Position numbers and translations under genes: made by a program. A stretch of 62,507 bases of DNA, filler included, from Candidatus Zapsychrus exili (GTDB lineage: Bacteria; Omnitrophota; Gorgyraeia; Zapsychrales; Zapsychraceae): the NCBI GenBank assembly GCA_030765585.1. It is 7 parts of 7 records of this genome, joined end to end, with 100 filler letters (N's around TTAATTAATTAA, not from the genome) between each part and the next. Parts side by side here need not be neighbours in the genome. Positions count along the whole stretch, not along the records: positions 29,591 to 51,613 come from JAVCCJ010000040.1; 6 more parts are not named here. One strand, written 5' to 3'. Under the pieces are notes generated by a model. The model was not told the origin of the DNA. It worked only from the letters and a program-made list of their open reading frames with translations, and searched no databases. Within the stretch, counting starts at the first letter, position 1. The number at the start of each line of letters is the position of its first letter. Below are positions 38,777 through 48,004 of this stretch, one piece after another.

Positions 38777-40135
38777 GTGAAAAAAACTAAACTCGGAAGA
38801 AAAATTGTGTCAATAATTCAATGTTTGTTGTTGATTTGTTTTAGCAATTCAATGCTTGGATGTGCATATACTAGCAAGTACAGTTTTGAGAGTGTTAAGT
38901 CTTCAGATAAGATTTTTTATAATGAGCAATTCTTAGAAGTATCTGAAAAATATGAAGAGTTAGCTAAAAGAGGTGACAAAAATAATGCTCTTTGGAATAA
39001 TCAGTTGGGCACGATTTATCTAGCGCAAGGGAATAGAGAGAAGGCTCTTGATTCCCTTTTAAAAGCACATTACCTGATGAACAATGTGTCTGCCTTTAAA
39101 GAGTTAGAAGTAAGAGCTATATCATGGAGTGGTTCAGAAAATAAGAAAGCATACAAAGGAGATCCTTACGAAAAGGCTATTAACTCATTATATGTGGGTT
39201 TGTTACTTTATGAAAAAGGAGATTATGACAATGCTTTAGCTGCTTTTAGGAATGGTATATTAGCAGACTCTGACTCAAAAGAAGAAAAATATAAAAGTGA
39301 TTTTACTATACTTTATTTATTGGCCTCGCGAATTTCGAAAAAATCAGGAGATGAAACATTAAGTAAAGATTTTGAGAAAGAGGTTCAAGAATTAAAAGAA
39401 GGAAGACGGATTGCCAGTTTAAATGTTAAGGATAACGCAGCTAAAGAGATAGTAAATTTAAACAACAATACTATTTTAGTTCTTGAGCTTGGAAAAGGAC
39501 CATCTAAATATAGGACAGGTAAACATGGTGAAAAAGCAGTAATATCAAAACGAGACTATAAGACTTATGAACCAAAGGTTATAATTGATGGCAAAAGGGA
39601 TACTAGCATAAAAGTGTATTATGATGCGGATGTTTATTTTCAGGCCAATACAAGAGGCGGAAGAGAGATGGATGGAATATTGAAGGGGCAAGCAAAGTTT
39701 AAAGATGATGCTTCAAAAACATCTGTGACAATGCTTAAAGCTTCAAATGAAATGATTGATAGTGCTAATAGAACACGAGCTGCTAATCCTTACGCAGATA
39801 CTACAGGTCAATTAGCAGCAGCGGGTGTACTTGCCTTATTTTCTTTAGGTTCTGCTGTAACAAGCTCTATTACTAATCCTAAGGCTGATATCAGATATTG
39901 GAGTTTACTTCCAGCATATATTTATGTTTTTCCTCTATCGCTTAAACCGGGAATGCATAAATTTGGCATTTCAATAGAAAAGGGTATGTCGTCTGAAATT
40001 ATTAATGAGTTTGAAGTAAATATAAAAGAAGGTAGGGATAATGTTATATTCAAGCGAATTATAAAATATAAAATTTCTAGTGATGTGCCTGTGACAACTT
40101 TAAAGTATCTTAAGTTAAGCCCTGTATACAAATAA
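38777..40135 (+). CDS. TPR-containing lipoprotein (COG3014-like)
   Basis: Lipobox-like MLGC, YKGDPYEK, YDNALAAFRN, ADIRYWSLLP. Confidence 0.75.
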   Translation: MKKTKLGRKIVSIIQCLLLICFSNSMLGCAYTSKYSFESVKSSDKIFYNEQFLEVSEKYEELAKRGDKNNALWNNQLGTIYLAQGNREKALDSLLKAHYLMNNVSAFKELEVRAISWSGSENKKAYKGDPYEKAINSLYVGLLLYEKGDYDNALAAFRNGILADSDSKEEKYKSDFTILYLLASRISKKSGDETLSKDFEKEVQELKEGRRIASLNVKDNAAKEIVNLNNNTILVLELGKGPSKYRTGKHGEKAVISKRDYKTYEPKVIIDGKRDTSIKVYYDADVYFQANTRGGREMDGILKGQAKFKDDASKTSVTMLKASNEMIDSANRTRAANPYADTTGQLAAAGVLALFSLGSAVTSSITNPKADIRYWSLLPAYIYVFPLSLKPGMHKFGISIEKGMSSEIINEFEVNIKEGRDNVIFKRIIKYKISSDVPVTTLKYLKLSPVYK

Positions 40136-40248
40136 ATCGTATGATTTTAAAATGTCTAATTAATGAGAAGAGAATCATAGATTTAAGAATATTTTTATAG
40201 TTTTAGAACAAACAAAAATCGAAAAGAATCTATTTTACTAAAAAGGAG

Positions 40249-40899
40249 ATGATAATGCGTGCACAGTTAATTTATGTATTAGTTTTTAGTGTTGTTGTTT
40301 TGTCCTCATGTACTGCTGGTCCACATTCAGTTTCTCATTCTAAGGTTATATTACCAGATGCAGATGATGGTCTTGGAGGAACTGGTATTGAAGCAACGGA
40401 CATAAGGACTGTAGCTAGAAAAATGGCAGTTTCAATTTTAGAAACGCCCGAAATAATGAATGCTGAAGAGCGCCCTAAAATAGCGCTAATACCTGTTCAT
40501 AATTCTACTCGTTTTATTATTAATAAAGATATTTTTACTAAGAAAATAAGAATAGAATTAAATAAAAATGCTTCTGGAAAGCTAAGATTTCTTGCTAGAG
40601 ATAAAGTAAGAACTGATATAAATAAATATATAATGGAAGAGCGCTTAATAAAACGAGAAGATAAATCAGAAGATGAGTATGGCGTAACTAATGTTACAGC
40701 AAGCAAAGATGTCGATATGCTAGGGGTGGATTTCTTTTTAACTGGAGAACTGACTAGCCTAACTAAAGCTGTAAGAAGTAGTAGGTCAGATTATATTTTA
40801 ATGTCATTTCAACTTATTGACGCTGAAACAAGCGAAATAGTGTGGGAAGATGCCTATGAAACTAAAAGGGTGGGCCACGCGGGCGTTGCTTATCAATAA
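40249..40899 (+). CDS. LpoB-like lipoprotein
   Basis: Lipobox LSSC; DFFLTGEL...FQLIDAET.EIVWED. Confidence 0.75.
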   Translation: MIMRAQLIYVLVFSVVVLSSCTAGPHSVSHSKVILPDADDGLGGTGIEATDIRTVARKMAVSILETPEIMNAEERPKIALIPVHNSTRFIINKDIFTKKIRIELNKNASGKLRFLARDKVRTDINKYIMEERLIKREDKSEDEYGVTNVTASKDVDMLGVDFFLTGELTSLTKAVRSSRSDYILMSFQLIDAETSEIVWEDAYETKRVGHAGVAYQ

Positions 40900-40934
40900 T
40901 AATTGTATTGTTAATATGAGATAGAGAAAAGTAA

Positions 40935-41783
40935 ATGAAAAAGAGAATTAATTGTTTTGCTATTGTTGCGCTTTTTATATTTATTTACGGATGCGCAATA
41001 AATTCAGGTGTTGTTTCAATGGGTCAGGATATTTATATGGTTTCTCGTCAAGCTGCTACTGGTTTTTCTGGTTCTGGAAAACTCAAGGCTAGAGCATTGC
41101 AAGAAGCTGATAAGTTTTGCGAGAAGCAAGGAAGGTTTTTGGAGGTAATTCGTGTTAGTGAGGCTAGTCCACCTTATATTTTAGCTAATTTTCCAAAAGC
41201 AGAAGTTAGCTTTAAATGTTCAGAAGCGGTATTGCCTGAAGGAGATCAAGGGTTAGTAAAATCAGGAATAGAAGTTACTGATATTTTAACTGTGGCTAGA
41301 AAAATGGCGATTTCTATTTTAGAGATTCCTGAAATAATGAATGCCAAAGAAGCTCCGAGAGTAGCATTAGCACCTGTTGAGAATATAGGTAATTTTAATA
41401 TAAATGAAAACATTTTTACAAAGAAAATTCGTATTGAATTAAATAAGAATGCTAGTAAAAGAATTAGTTTTATTGTAAGAGATTTTCTTAATAAGAGCCA
41501 AATAACTGAATATATTATGAAGGAGAGATTGATCAAACGGGAGGAAAAATCTAATGATGAAGTCGGAGTAACAAATATCACATCTAGCAATGATTTGGAT
41601 CTTTTTGGGGTAGACTTTTTTCTAACAGGTGAACTAAATGGTTTAGTAAAAAAGAACATAAGAGGACAATCAAATTATGTGCTCATGTCATTTCAGCTGA
41701 TAGACGCCGAAACAGGTGTGATAGTTTGGGAAGATGCTTACGAAATTAAAAGGGTTGGCATTGCAGGAGTTGCTTATCAATAG
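40935..41783 (+). CDS. Lipoprotein: small N-terminal domain fused to LpoB-like domain
   Basis: IYGC lipobox; C-terminal ~175 aa paralogous to the 40249 ORF. Confidence 0.72.
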   Translation: MKKRINCFAIVALFIFIYGCAINSGVVSMGQDIYMVSRQAATGFSGSGKLKARALQEADKFCEKQGRFLEVIRVSEASPPYILANFPKAEVSFKCSEAVLPEGDQGLVKSGIEVTDILTVARKMAISILEIPEIMNAKEAPRVALAPVENIGNFNINENIFTKKIRIELNKNASKRISFIVRDFLNKSQITEYIMKERLIKREEKSNDEVGVTNITSSNDLDLFGVDFFLTGELNGLVKKNIRGQSNYVLMSFQLIDAETGVIVWEDAYEIKRVGIAGVAYQ

Positions 41784-41873
41784 TACGAATTTACGCAGAG
41801 GTAGCGAAGCTACCGTAGTGTTTATTGTGTAAGAAGTTTTTTAGTAAGAGAAACATCTAAGAAGAGGGGAAAC

Positions 41874-42839
41874 ATGGGATTTAGAAAAATATTACAAGTG
41901 GTTTTAGCTGTATTGCTAGTGGTATCAACCTCAGGTTGTGCGACTATGTTTAGCGGATCTAGTCAACAAGTAAGCATAAGAAGTAATGAAGAAGATGTTA
42001 AGTTTTATGTAAATGAAGTATATGTTGGAAAAGATAGTGCTGTAACAACATTCAAGAAGAAAAAGAATTATACGATTACAGCTAGAAAAGAAGGCTGTGC
42101 TGATGTGACCACCATACCGACAAAATCTTTTGATGCAGTTACTTTGTTAGGAATTTTTATCGATTGGGGAATAATTACAGTTTTAGTTATTGATGGAGTT
42201 GGAACTGGTGCTTGGAAAAAGTTCGATCAAACAAGTTATGTTCTTGACCCTAGTTGCCATAAGGAATTAAGGCAAGAGGCAATGTTGGTTGACGGGATGA
42301 CAATGGGCAGAACAGAGGACAGATTAGTAAGATCAGGAATAGAAGTTACTGACATTTTAACTGTGGCTAGAAAAATGGCAATTTCAATTTTAGAAACACC
42401 TGAAATAATGAATGCTGAAGAAGCTCCAAAAATAGCGTTAATACCTGTTGCGAATTTAGGTAATTTTAATATAAATGAAAACATCTTTACAAAGAGAATT
42501 CGTGTTGAATTAAACAAGAATGCTAGTAAGAAGATGAGCTTTATTGCTAGAGATTTTATTAAAAAGAATCAAATAACTGAATATATTATGAAGGAGAGAT
42601 TGATCAAGCGGGAGGAAAAATCTAATGATGAAGTCGGAGTAACAAATATCACATCTAGCAAAGATTTGGATCTTGTAGGAGTAGATTTTCTTCTGACAGG
42701 CGAATTAAATGGTTTAGCAAAAAAGAACATAAGAGGACAAGCGGATTACGTGATGATGTCGTTTCAGTTGATAGATGCTGAAACAGGCGTGATTGTTTGG
42801 GAAGATGTTTATGAAATTAAAAGCGTTGCAAAAAATTAA
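41874..42839 (+). CDS. Lipoprotein: PEGA-like domain fused to LpoB-like domain
   Basis: TSGCATMFSG..Q.V.I.S; C-terminal domain nearly identical to that of the 40935 ORF. Confidence 0.72.
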   Translation: MGFRKILQVVLAVLLVVSTSGCATMFSGSSQQVSIRSNEEDVKFYVNEVYVGKDSAVTTFKKKKNYTITARKEGCADVTTIPTKSFDAVTLLGIFIDWGIITVLVIDGVGTGAWKKFDQTSYVLDPSCHKELRQEAMLVDGMTMGRTEDRLVRSGIEVTDILTVARKMAISILETPEIMNAEEAPKIALIPVANLGNFNINENIFTKRIRVELNKNASKKMSFIARDFIKKNQITEYIMKERLIKREEKSNDEVGVTNITSSKDLDLVGVDFLLTGELNGLAKKNIRGQADYVMMSFQLIDAETGVIVWEDVYEIKSVAKN

Positions 42840-42896
42840 GTGTTTTTGATGTAATAAATATAATAATTAATCAGATTAAGTGTGGGGAGATTAAAA

Positions 42897-43325
42897 ATGA
42901 ATAAAAATTTAAAGTTTTTATTGTCAGCATCGTTGTCTTTTCTTATTGTGGGTTGCGCAGCAGGACCTTATAAAGCAACACGATATGATTCTGGGCAAGA
43001 TTTAGAAAGGTTACAAAATGTAGTTATATTGGATAAAAGACTTAGCAATCAATTTGCAACGAAGAGAATTGCTATAATGGGGGAAAAGTCTGAATTGACC
43101 CAAGACAATAGGCTGAAAGTTTTTTGTGAAATAAGAAACATGAAGAACGATACGTTAAAATTGCAGGTTCAAACTGCTTTTAAAGATGAGGGCAATTTCT
43201 CTGTGGAACAAGATACGAACTGGGAATTAATTCTTATTCCTGGATTCTCAACTTTTACATATATAACAACTGCACTTAATGAAAAAGCAAAAAAATATAC
43301 TATAAGAATAAAAGAAGCTAAATAA
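42897..43325 (+). CDS. YcfL/DUF1425-like lipoprotein
   Basis: IVGC lipobox; L.V..EIRN...L.LQVQT.FKD..; position after LpoB-like genes. Confidence 0.65.
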   Translation: MNKNLKFLLSASLSFLIVGCAAGPYKATRYDSGQDLERLQNVVILDKRLSNQFATKRIAIMGEKSELTQDNRLKVFCEIRNMKNDTLKLQVQTAFKDEGNFSVEQDTNWELILIPGFSTFTYITTALNEKAKKYTIRIKEAK

Positions 43326-43343
43326 AAGGGTGGGTGAGCAAGA

Positions 43344-44990
43344 ATGAAGAATAGAGTAATATTTTTATTTAATTTTGTTATTATTTCCTTTGTTTTATAT
43401 TGTACGGTTATTACAAATGTTGGTTTTTGCCAAGATGCTGAGCAGCAAAAGACATTTAAATATAAGCAACGGCGTATTAGCAGGACGAAAGATACGCAAA
43501 AGAACAGAAAAATTAGAGTAGCTGTTTCAAGGTTTGAAGATAAGACTGAGGTTAAGGGAAGTTTGTTTAATGTCATTGAAGAAGAAGATAAAACAGATGT
43601 TAGCGAATCTCAAATAAACATAAGCGATTCAACTGTAACAATTAAGACAGATGTGGACGAGGAGAAGGAAGAGACTTTAACTGAGAAACAATTACTTACT
43701 GGCTTGTTAATTGATAAGCTTAGAAAAACAGGCATATTTGACGTAGTTGAGAGAGATGAAATAAATCAGCTTATGCGTGAAATAAATTTTGAAAGTAGTA
43801 ATTGGGTTAAACAGAATAATGTCAATAAGATAGGCAACATATATAGTGTACAATCTATTATTACAGGAGAAGTGTTGCAAAATAAAGATGGACATAGGAT
43901 AGGTTCGGGGCTTTATACGGTAGCTTTACGCCTTTATAACGTTAATACGGGTGAAATAATTGCTTCAGCTACGAGTAGTGAGAACAGTCTTGATTTAGCG
44001 ATTGAGAGGGGCATTCTGATTATCGCAGATGAGACGAAAGGAAAGCCATGGACTTGTCGAATAGTTAGCATAAAGGAAGGATTTGTTTATATAAATGCAG
44101 GGGATTCTGATGATATAGAAGAAAAAGATGTTTTTAGTGTAATTCGATTGGGAGATGAGATAGTTGACCCTCAAAATAATAAGATTTTAGGTTATGAAAG
44201 AAGCACATTGGCTAAAATAAGGGTTGTGGAAATCGTTAATGATAAGTTATCTAAAGCTGAAATCATAGAAAAGAAGGGTGATATTAAAGTTGATGATATT
44301 GTTTCAGCTAAAAAAATAGACACAGAAGAAGATGAACATAGTTCTCTTTGGATTGATACATTTGGAAAGAAAGATAACGATAAAATGAAAGAAAATACTC
44401 TTAAAAAGAGTGCTTTGTCTTTAAAAAATAATTTAAGTTTATCAGGAGTTGAAGACATAGTTAGAGAGTATGGTGGGTCAATAGTTTCTGTCTTTTCGGG
44501 TGAAGCCCAAGGAAGTGGTTTTATTATCAGTTCAGATGGTTATATTGTTACAAATTCTCATGTTGTAAATGGAGATAGTAGCGTCACTATTAAAATGATA
44601 GAAGAAAATAAAGTGTATTCAAATGTTCAAGTTGTTAAAGATAACAAAATAAGAGACATTGCTCTTCTTAAAATTAATAGTAATGATTCTTTTGCTCCTG
44701 TTATGCTTGGCGACTCTGATTCAGCTGTCGAAGGAGAAAGAATAGTTGCTTTAGGTAATCCAAAAGGCCTAGAAAATACTGTTTCTGATGGGCTGGTAAG
44801 CTCTATTAGGGAAATGGATGGGACAAAAGTATTGCAAATAAGCGCTCCGATATCAAGCGGAAGTAGCGGAGGGCCATTGTTTAATATGAGAGGTGAAGTA
44901 ATAGGTGTTACAACTTTTACTATTGTTGAAGGTCAAAATTTAAATTTTGCAATTTCGATAAATTACGTTAAAGAAGAGTTAGTAGATTGA
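43344..44990 (+). CDS. CsgG/FlgT-like domains fused to trypsin-like protease
   Basis: VAVSRFED, FDVVER.EI, VYINAG; GSGF, TNSHV, ISSGSSGGP. Confidence 0.78.
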   Translation: MKNRVIFLFNFVIISFVLYCTVITNVGFCQDAEQQKTFKYKQRRISRTKDTQKNRKIRVAVSRFEDKTEVKGSLFNVIEEEDKTDVSESQINISDSTVTIKTDVDEEKEETLTEKQLLTGLLIDKLRKTGIFDVVERDEINQLMREINFESSNWVKQNNVNKIGNIYSVQSIITGEVLQNKDGHRIGSGLYTVALRLYNVNTGEIIASATSSENSLDLAIERGILIIADETKGKPWTCRIVSIKEGFVYINAGDSDDIEEKDVFSVIRLGDEIVDPQNNKILGYERSTLAKIRVVEIVNDKLSKAEIIEKKGDIKVDDIVSAKKIDTEEDEHSSLWIDTFGKKDNDKMKENTLKKSALSLKNNLSLSGVEDIVREYGGSIVSVFSGEAQGSGFIISSDGYIVTNSHVVNGDSSVTIKMIEENKVYSNVQVVKDNKIRDIALLKINSNDSFAPVMLGDSDSAVEGERIVALGNPKGLENTVSDGLVSSIREMDGTKVLQISAPISSGSSGGPLFNMRGEVIGVTTFTIVEGQNLNFAISINYVKEELVD

Positions 44991-45127
44991 GTAGTAAACG
45001 AAGCTGAAGCGTTCTATGTAATTTAGCGCCTTTTCATATACGAAGCAAACAATTCAAGAGTGCGAAATTTATAAATAGGAATTTGTTTTAACAAACCCAC
45101 ACAAATCAATTTCAAAAAAGGAGAAAC

Positions 45128-45655
45128 ATGAAAAAAACTGTGCAATTAATTATTGTTTTATTGGTGGTAGCGTTTGTTGTTTCAGTCGCAGTAGCAGAAC
45201 CAAAACCTATTCAGGTATCATTGTTTAATCCCATTCAACTTGTTGATGAGTCTGAAAGTATTCGCGGATTACGTCTTAATTTAATTTATTCTGTTAATGA
45301 TAATATTTCTGGTTTGGATTTAGGCCTTGTAAATAAAGTGACCGGAGATGTTCATGGCGCTCAGTTTGGTTTTGTTAATTTGGTTGATGGCGATGTTATT
45401 GGATACCAAGGTGGTTGCGTAAATATTGTTGAAGGTAATGTCACTGGTTGGCAAGATGGTCATGTAAACATTGTAAAGGGAAGCATGACAGGTTTTCAAT
45501 CAGGTTTAGTAAATATTAACGATAGTCTAAGTGGAGTTCAGCTTGGAATTTGGAATTCTACGCAAACCTTAGATGGATTGCAAATTGGGTTGTTGAATTT
45601 TAATGGAGCAAAAGATCCATTTGGATTCTTGCCTATAGTTAATTTTTCATTCTAG
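45128..45655 (+). CDS. Secreted G/Q/N-repeat surface protein (LA_2272-like)
   Basis: Repeated G.Q.G.VN units; C-terminal LPIVNFSF. Confidence 0.75.
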   Translation: MKKTVQLIIVLLVVAFVVSVAVAEPKPIQVSLFNPIQLVDESESIRGLRLNLIYSVNDNISGLDLGLVNKVTGDVHGAQFGFVNLVDGDVIGYQGGCVNIVEGNVTGWQDGHVNIVKGSMTGFQSGLVNINDSLSGVQLGIWNSTQTLDGLQIGLLNFNGAKDPFGFLPIVNFSF

Positions 45656-45683
45656 TTAAGTAATATATATAAGGAGAGGGCAT

Positions 45684-46094
45684 ATGAAAAAACTTTTGGT
45701 GTTATTAGTGTGCATAGGATTAATTGGATGTGCGTCTAGCCTTCAATTTAGTAACAAAATAAGCGGTACACAAAGCTATGCATTTTCTACAGCTCCTAAA
45801 GACATTACGTTTAATAAGGCTGTATCTGCATTGCAAAAACTAAATTATAACCTTACAAATACTGATAAGCAAGGTGGCATGATTGTCGGCCAAAGAATGA
45901 TTACACTTTTTCGATATTTATCTATAACTGTTAATATGTCTGAAACCGATAAGACTAAAGTCACAACTGTTGTTAGAGACTCTGGTGGAATTGATTCTTT
46001 TGATGTTTTTGGATTTTTTATTAAACATCAAAATGCTTTTTATAAAGAATTAAAAGCCGAGCTTAATAATATCGGTTATGATTTGCATATGTAG
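45684..46094 (+). CDS. Hypothetical lipoprotein
   Basis: MKKLLVLLVCIGLIGC lipobox; AAGGAG RBS. Confidence 0.7.
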   Translation: MKKLLVLLVCIGLIGCASSLQFSNKISGTQSYAFSTAPKDITFNKAVSALQKLNYNLTNTDKQGGMIVGQRMITLFRYLSITVNMSETDKTKVTTVVRDSGGIDSFDVFGFFIKHQNAFYKELKAELNNIGYDLHM

Positions 46095-46410
46095 TTAAAT
46101 AGAATTGAAATAGAAGGGGCAGGTCGGCGATTAAAAAAGATTTAAATAGTTGAGGTGCCCCTTTTGGGGGACCCGTTGTTCCCTTTAATTGTACAGTAGA
46201 AGAATTACTTCTGAAACGTTAGATTAAGTAATCGCACAAGTAGGCGCACAAGTAACCCAACAAGTAAATAGGTTGTGTTAATGTTGTTGAAGGCGAATTG
46301 GATAAGGATTCAGTATGTAAGGATCTCTTACATACTGCCAATGATGAGTTTTGGTGGATGAGTTTTTGCAACACCGCAATCTGATAGATATCAGATGAAA
46401 GGAGTTGCTA

Positions 46411-47403
46411 ATGAAAAGGACATATATGTTTTTAGAAAAAACAGTATTTATTCTTGGAGCTGGCGCAAGCGTTCCTTACAGTTATCCTACTGGATTCAGA
46501 TTAAACGAAGAAATTAAATCGTTATTGGCTAATTTTCCAGAGAGCCCTCAACATTGTTCGAAAGAAATGTTGGAGCATTTCATTTTTTTTAATAAACTTG
46601 GATATAAGCCAAATGACTTAAAAAATTTTGATGAAGCCTTGAGAGATTCTGCAAGATATTCTATTGATAAATTTTTAGAAAAACGTAAAGATTGTTTGGA
46701 ATTAGGAAAAATTTTGATTGCTTATGTTTTAAAGAAAAAGGAATTCAAGCATTTACTTTCAATAGATTTAGATAGTAAAAATTGGTATGCAAAGCTATTT
46801 GATATGCTGGATACGTCAGTTGATAATATTGACAAACATTAAGTTTCTTTTATTACTTTTAACTATGACAGAAGTCTGGAATTTTTTATTTATAATGCTT
46901 TAAGAGCAAGAACGATAAAAGATGACAAAACCGTTTTGTTGGCGTTTAATAAAATTCCTATTGTGCACATTTATGGAACGCTAGGACATTTCCCATGGGA
47001 TAATAAAGGCAGAAAGATAGATTATTCTTATGAAATTGATTCGGAATGTATATCTGCTATGGCAAAAGAGATAAATATCATGAGTAGCGAACGAGAGACT
47101 GAAGAATTGCAAACAGCTCATAAGTTATTAAAGGAGGCTGAAAATATATATTTTTTAGGCTTTGGATACGATAAGCTTAATCTAGATGGACTTAATATAA
47201 TTCAATATGGAAAAGGAAAAAGAATGGTTGGAACACGCTATGGAATAAATGACAAAGAATTGGAAGATATTCAATATTATATAAATGTTCAATCTGAGGC
47301 CAGAAGTCAAAAAACAACTTATGTTGCTAACAATGAAATAACATTTTGCAAAAACAATGAAGACATTATGCATCTACTAAGAGATTATATTATATTCAGA
47401 TAA
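46411..47403 (+). pseudogene. SIR2-like protein with in-frame premature TAA at 46840-46842
   Basis: LGAGAS..Y.YPTG, then DKH*VSFITFNYDRSLE...HIYGTLG...FLGFGYD, all in one frame. Confidence 0.82.
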
Positions 47404-47606
47404 AAGTTTTAAATAATTCAAAAGTTTCTCGATAAATGTTTAAGTCTAAGGTTCTTAATTTATAAAAATAGAAGGAAATAGAAGGGGATAGGTTACTGCT
47501 GGGGGACAGGTGAACGGTTAAAAAAGATTTGAATAGTATCGGTATCCCTTTCGGGTGGCACACCCTCTTTGGCATAAAAACAATTAATTCAAAAGGAGTA
47601 AGAAGC

Positions 47607-47957
47607 ATGAGCGAGACAAAAGATATTGTACAAAAAATAAAGAATTTTCGTGATGAGCGCGATTGGATGCAGTTTCATGACCCAAAAAATATGGCTGTTT
47701 CAATAATATTAGAAGCCTCTGAGCTGTTGGAACATTTTCAATGGAAAACAAAAGAAGAAGTCGAGCAATATGTTGTTGAACATAAAGAAGAAGTACAGGA
47801 CGAAATTGCTGATATTGCCATGTATTTGTTTGAGCTTACAGATAATCTTGATATTGATTTGATTGAGGCGATGGATAAAAAGCTTAAGAAAAATATTGAG
47901 AAATATCCTGTTGAGAAGGCAAAAGGAAACGCAAAGAAGTATACGGAATTATTATAG
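47607..47957 (+). CDS. MazG-like nucleotide pyrophosphohydrolase
   Basis: FRDERDW.QFH.PKN.A.SI.LEA.ELLE.FQW, EIADI, KYP. Confidence 0.92.
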   Translation: MSETKDIVQKIKNFRDERDWMQFHDPKNMAVSIILEASELLEHFQWKTKEEVEQYVVEHKEEVQDEIADIAMYLFELTDNLDIDLIEAMDKKLKKNIEKYPVEKAKGNAKKYTELL

Positions 47958-48004
47958 TTTATAAAATTTTTTAAAAGTGCATATTGATAAAGATTAAATA
48001 ACTT

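Noticed and set aside
42272..42286. QEAML at a domain junction resembling the DxAM linkers
   Set aside because: It lacks the Asp and occurs once; likely chance.
46232..46270. Three ~12-bp CAAGTA tandem units
   Set aside because: Too short and degenerate; possibly a decayed gene remnant, and no supportable function.
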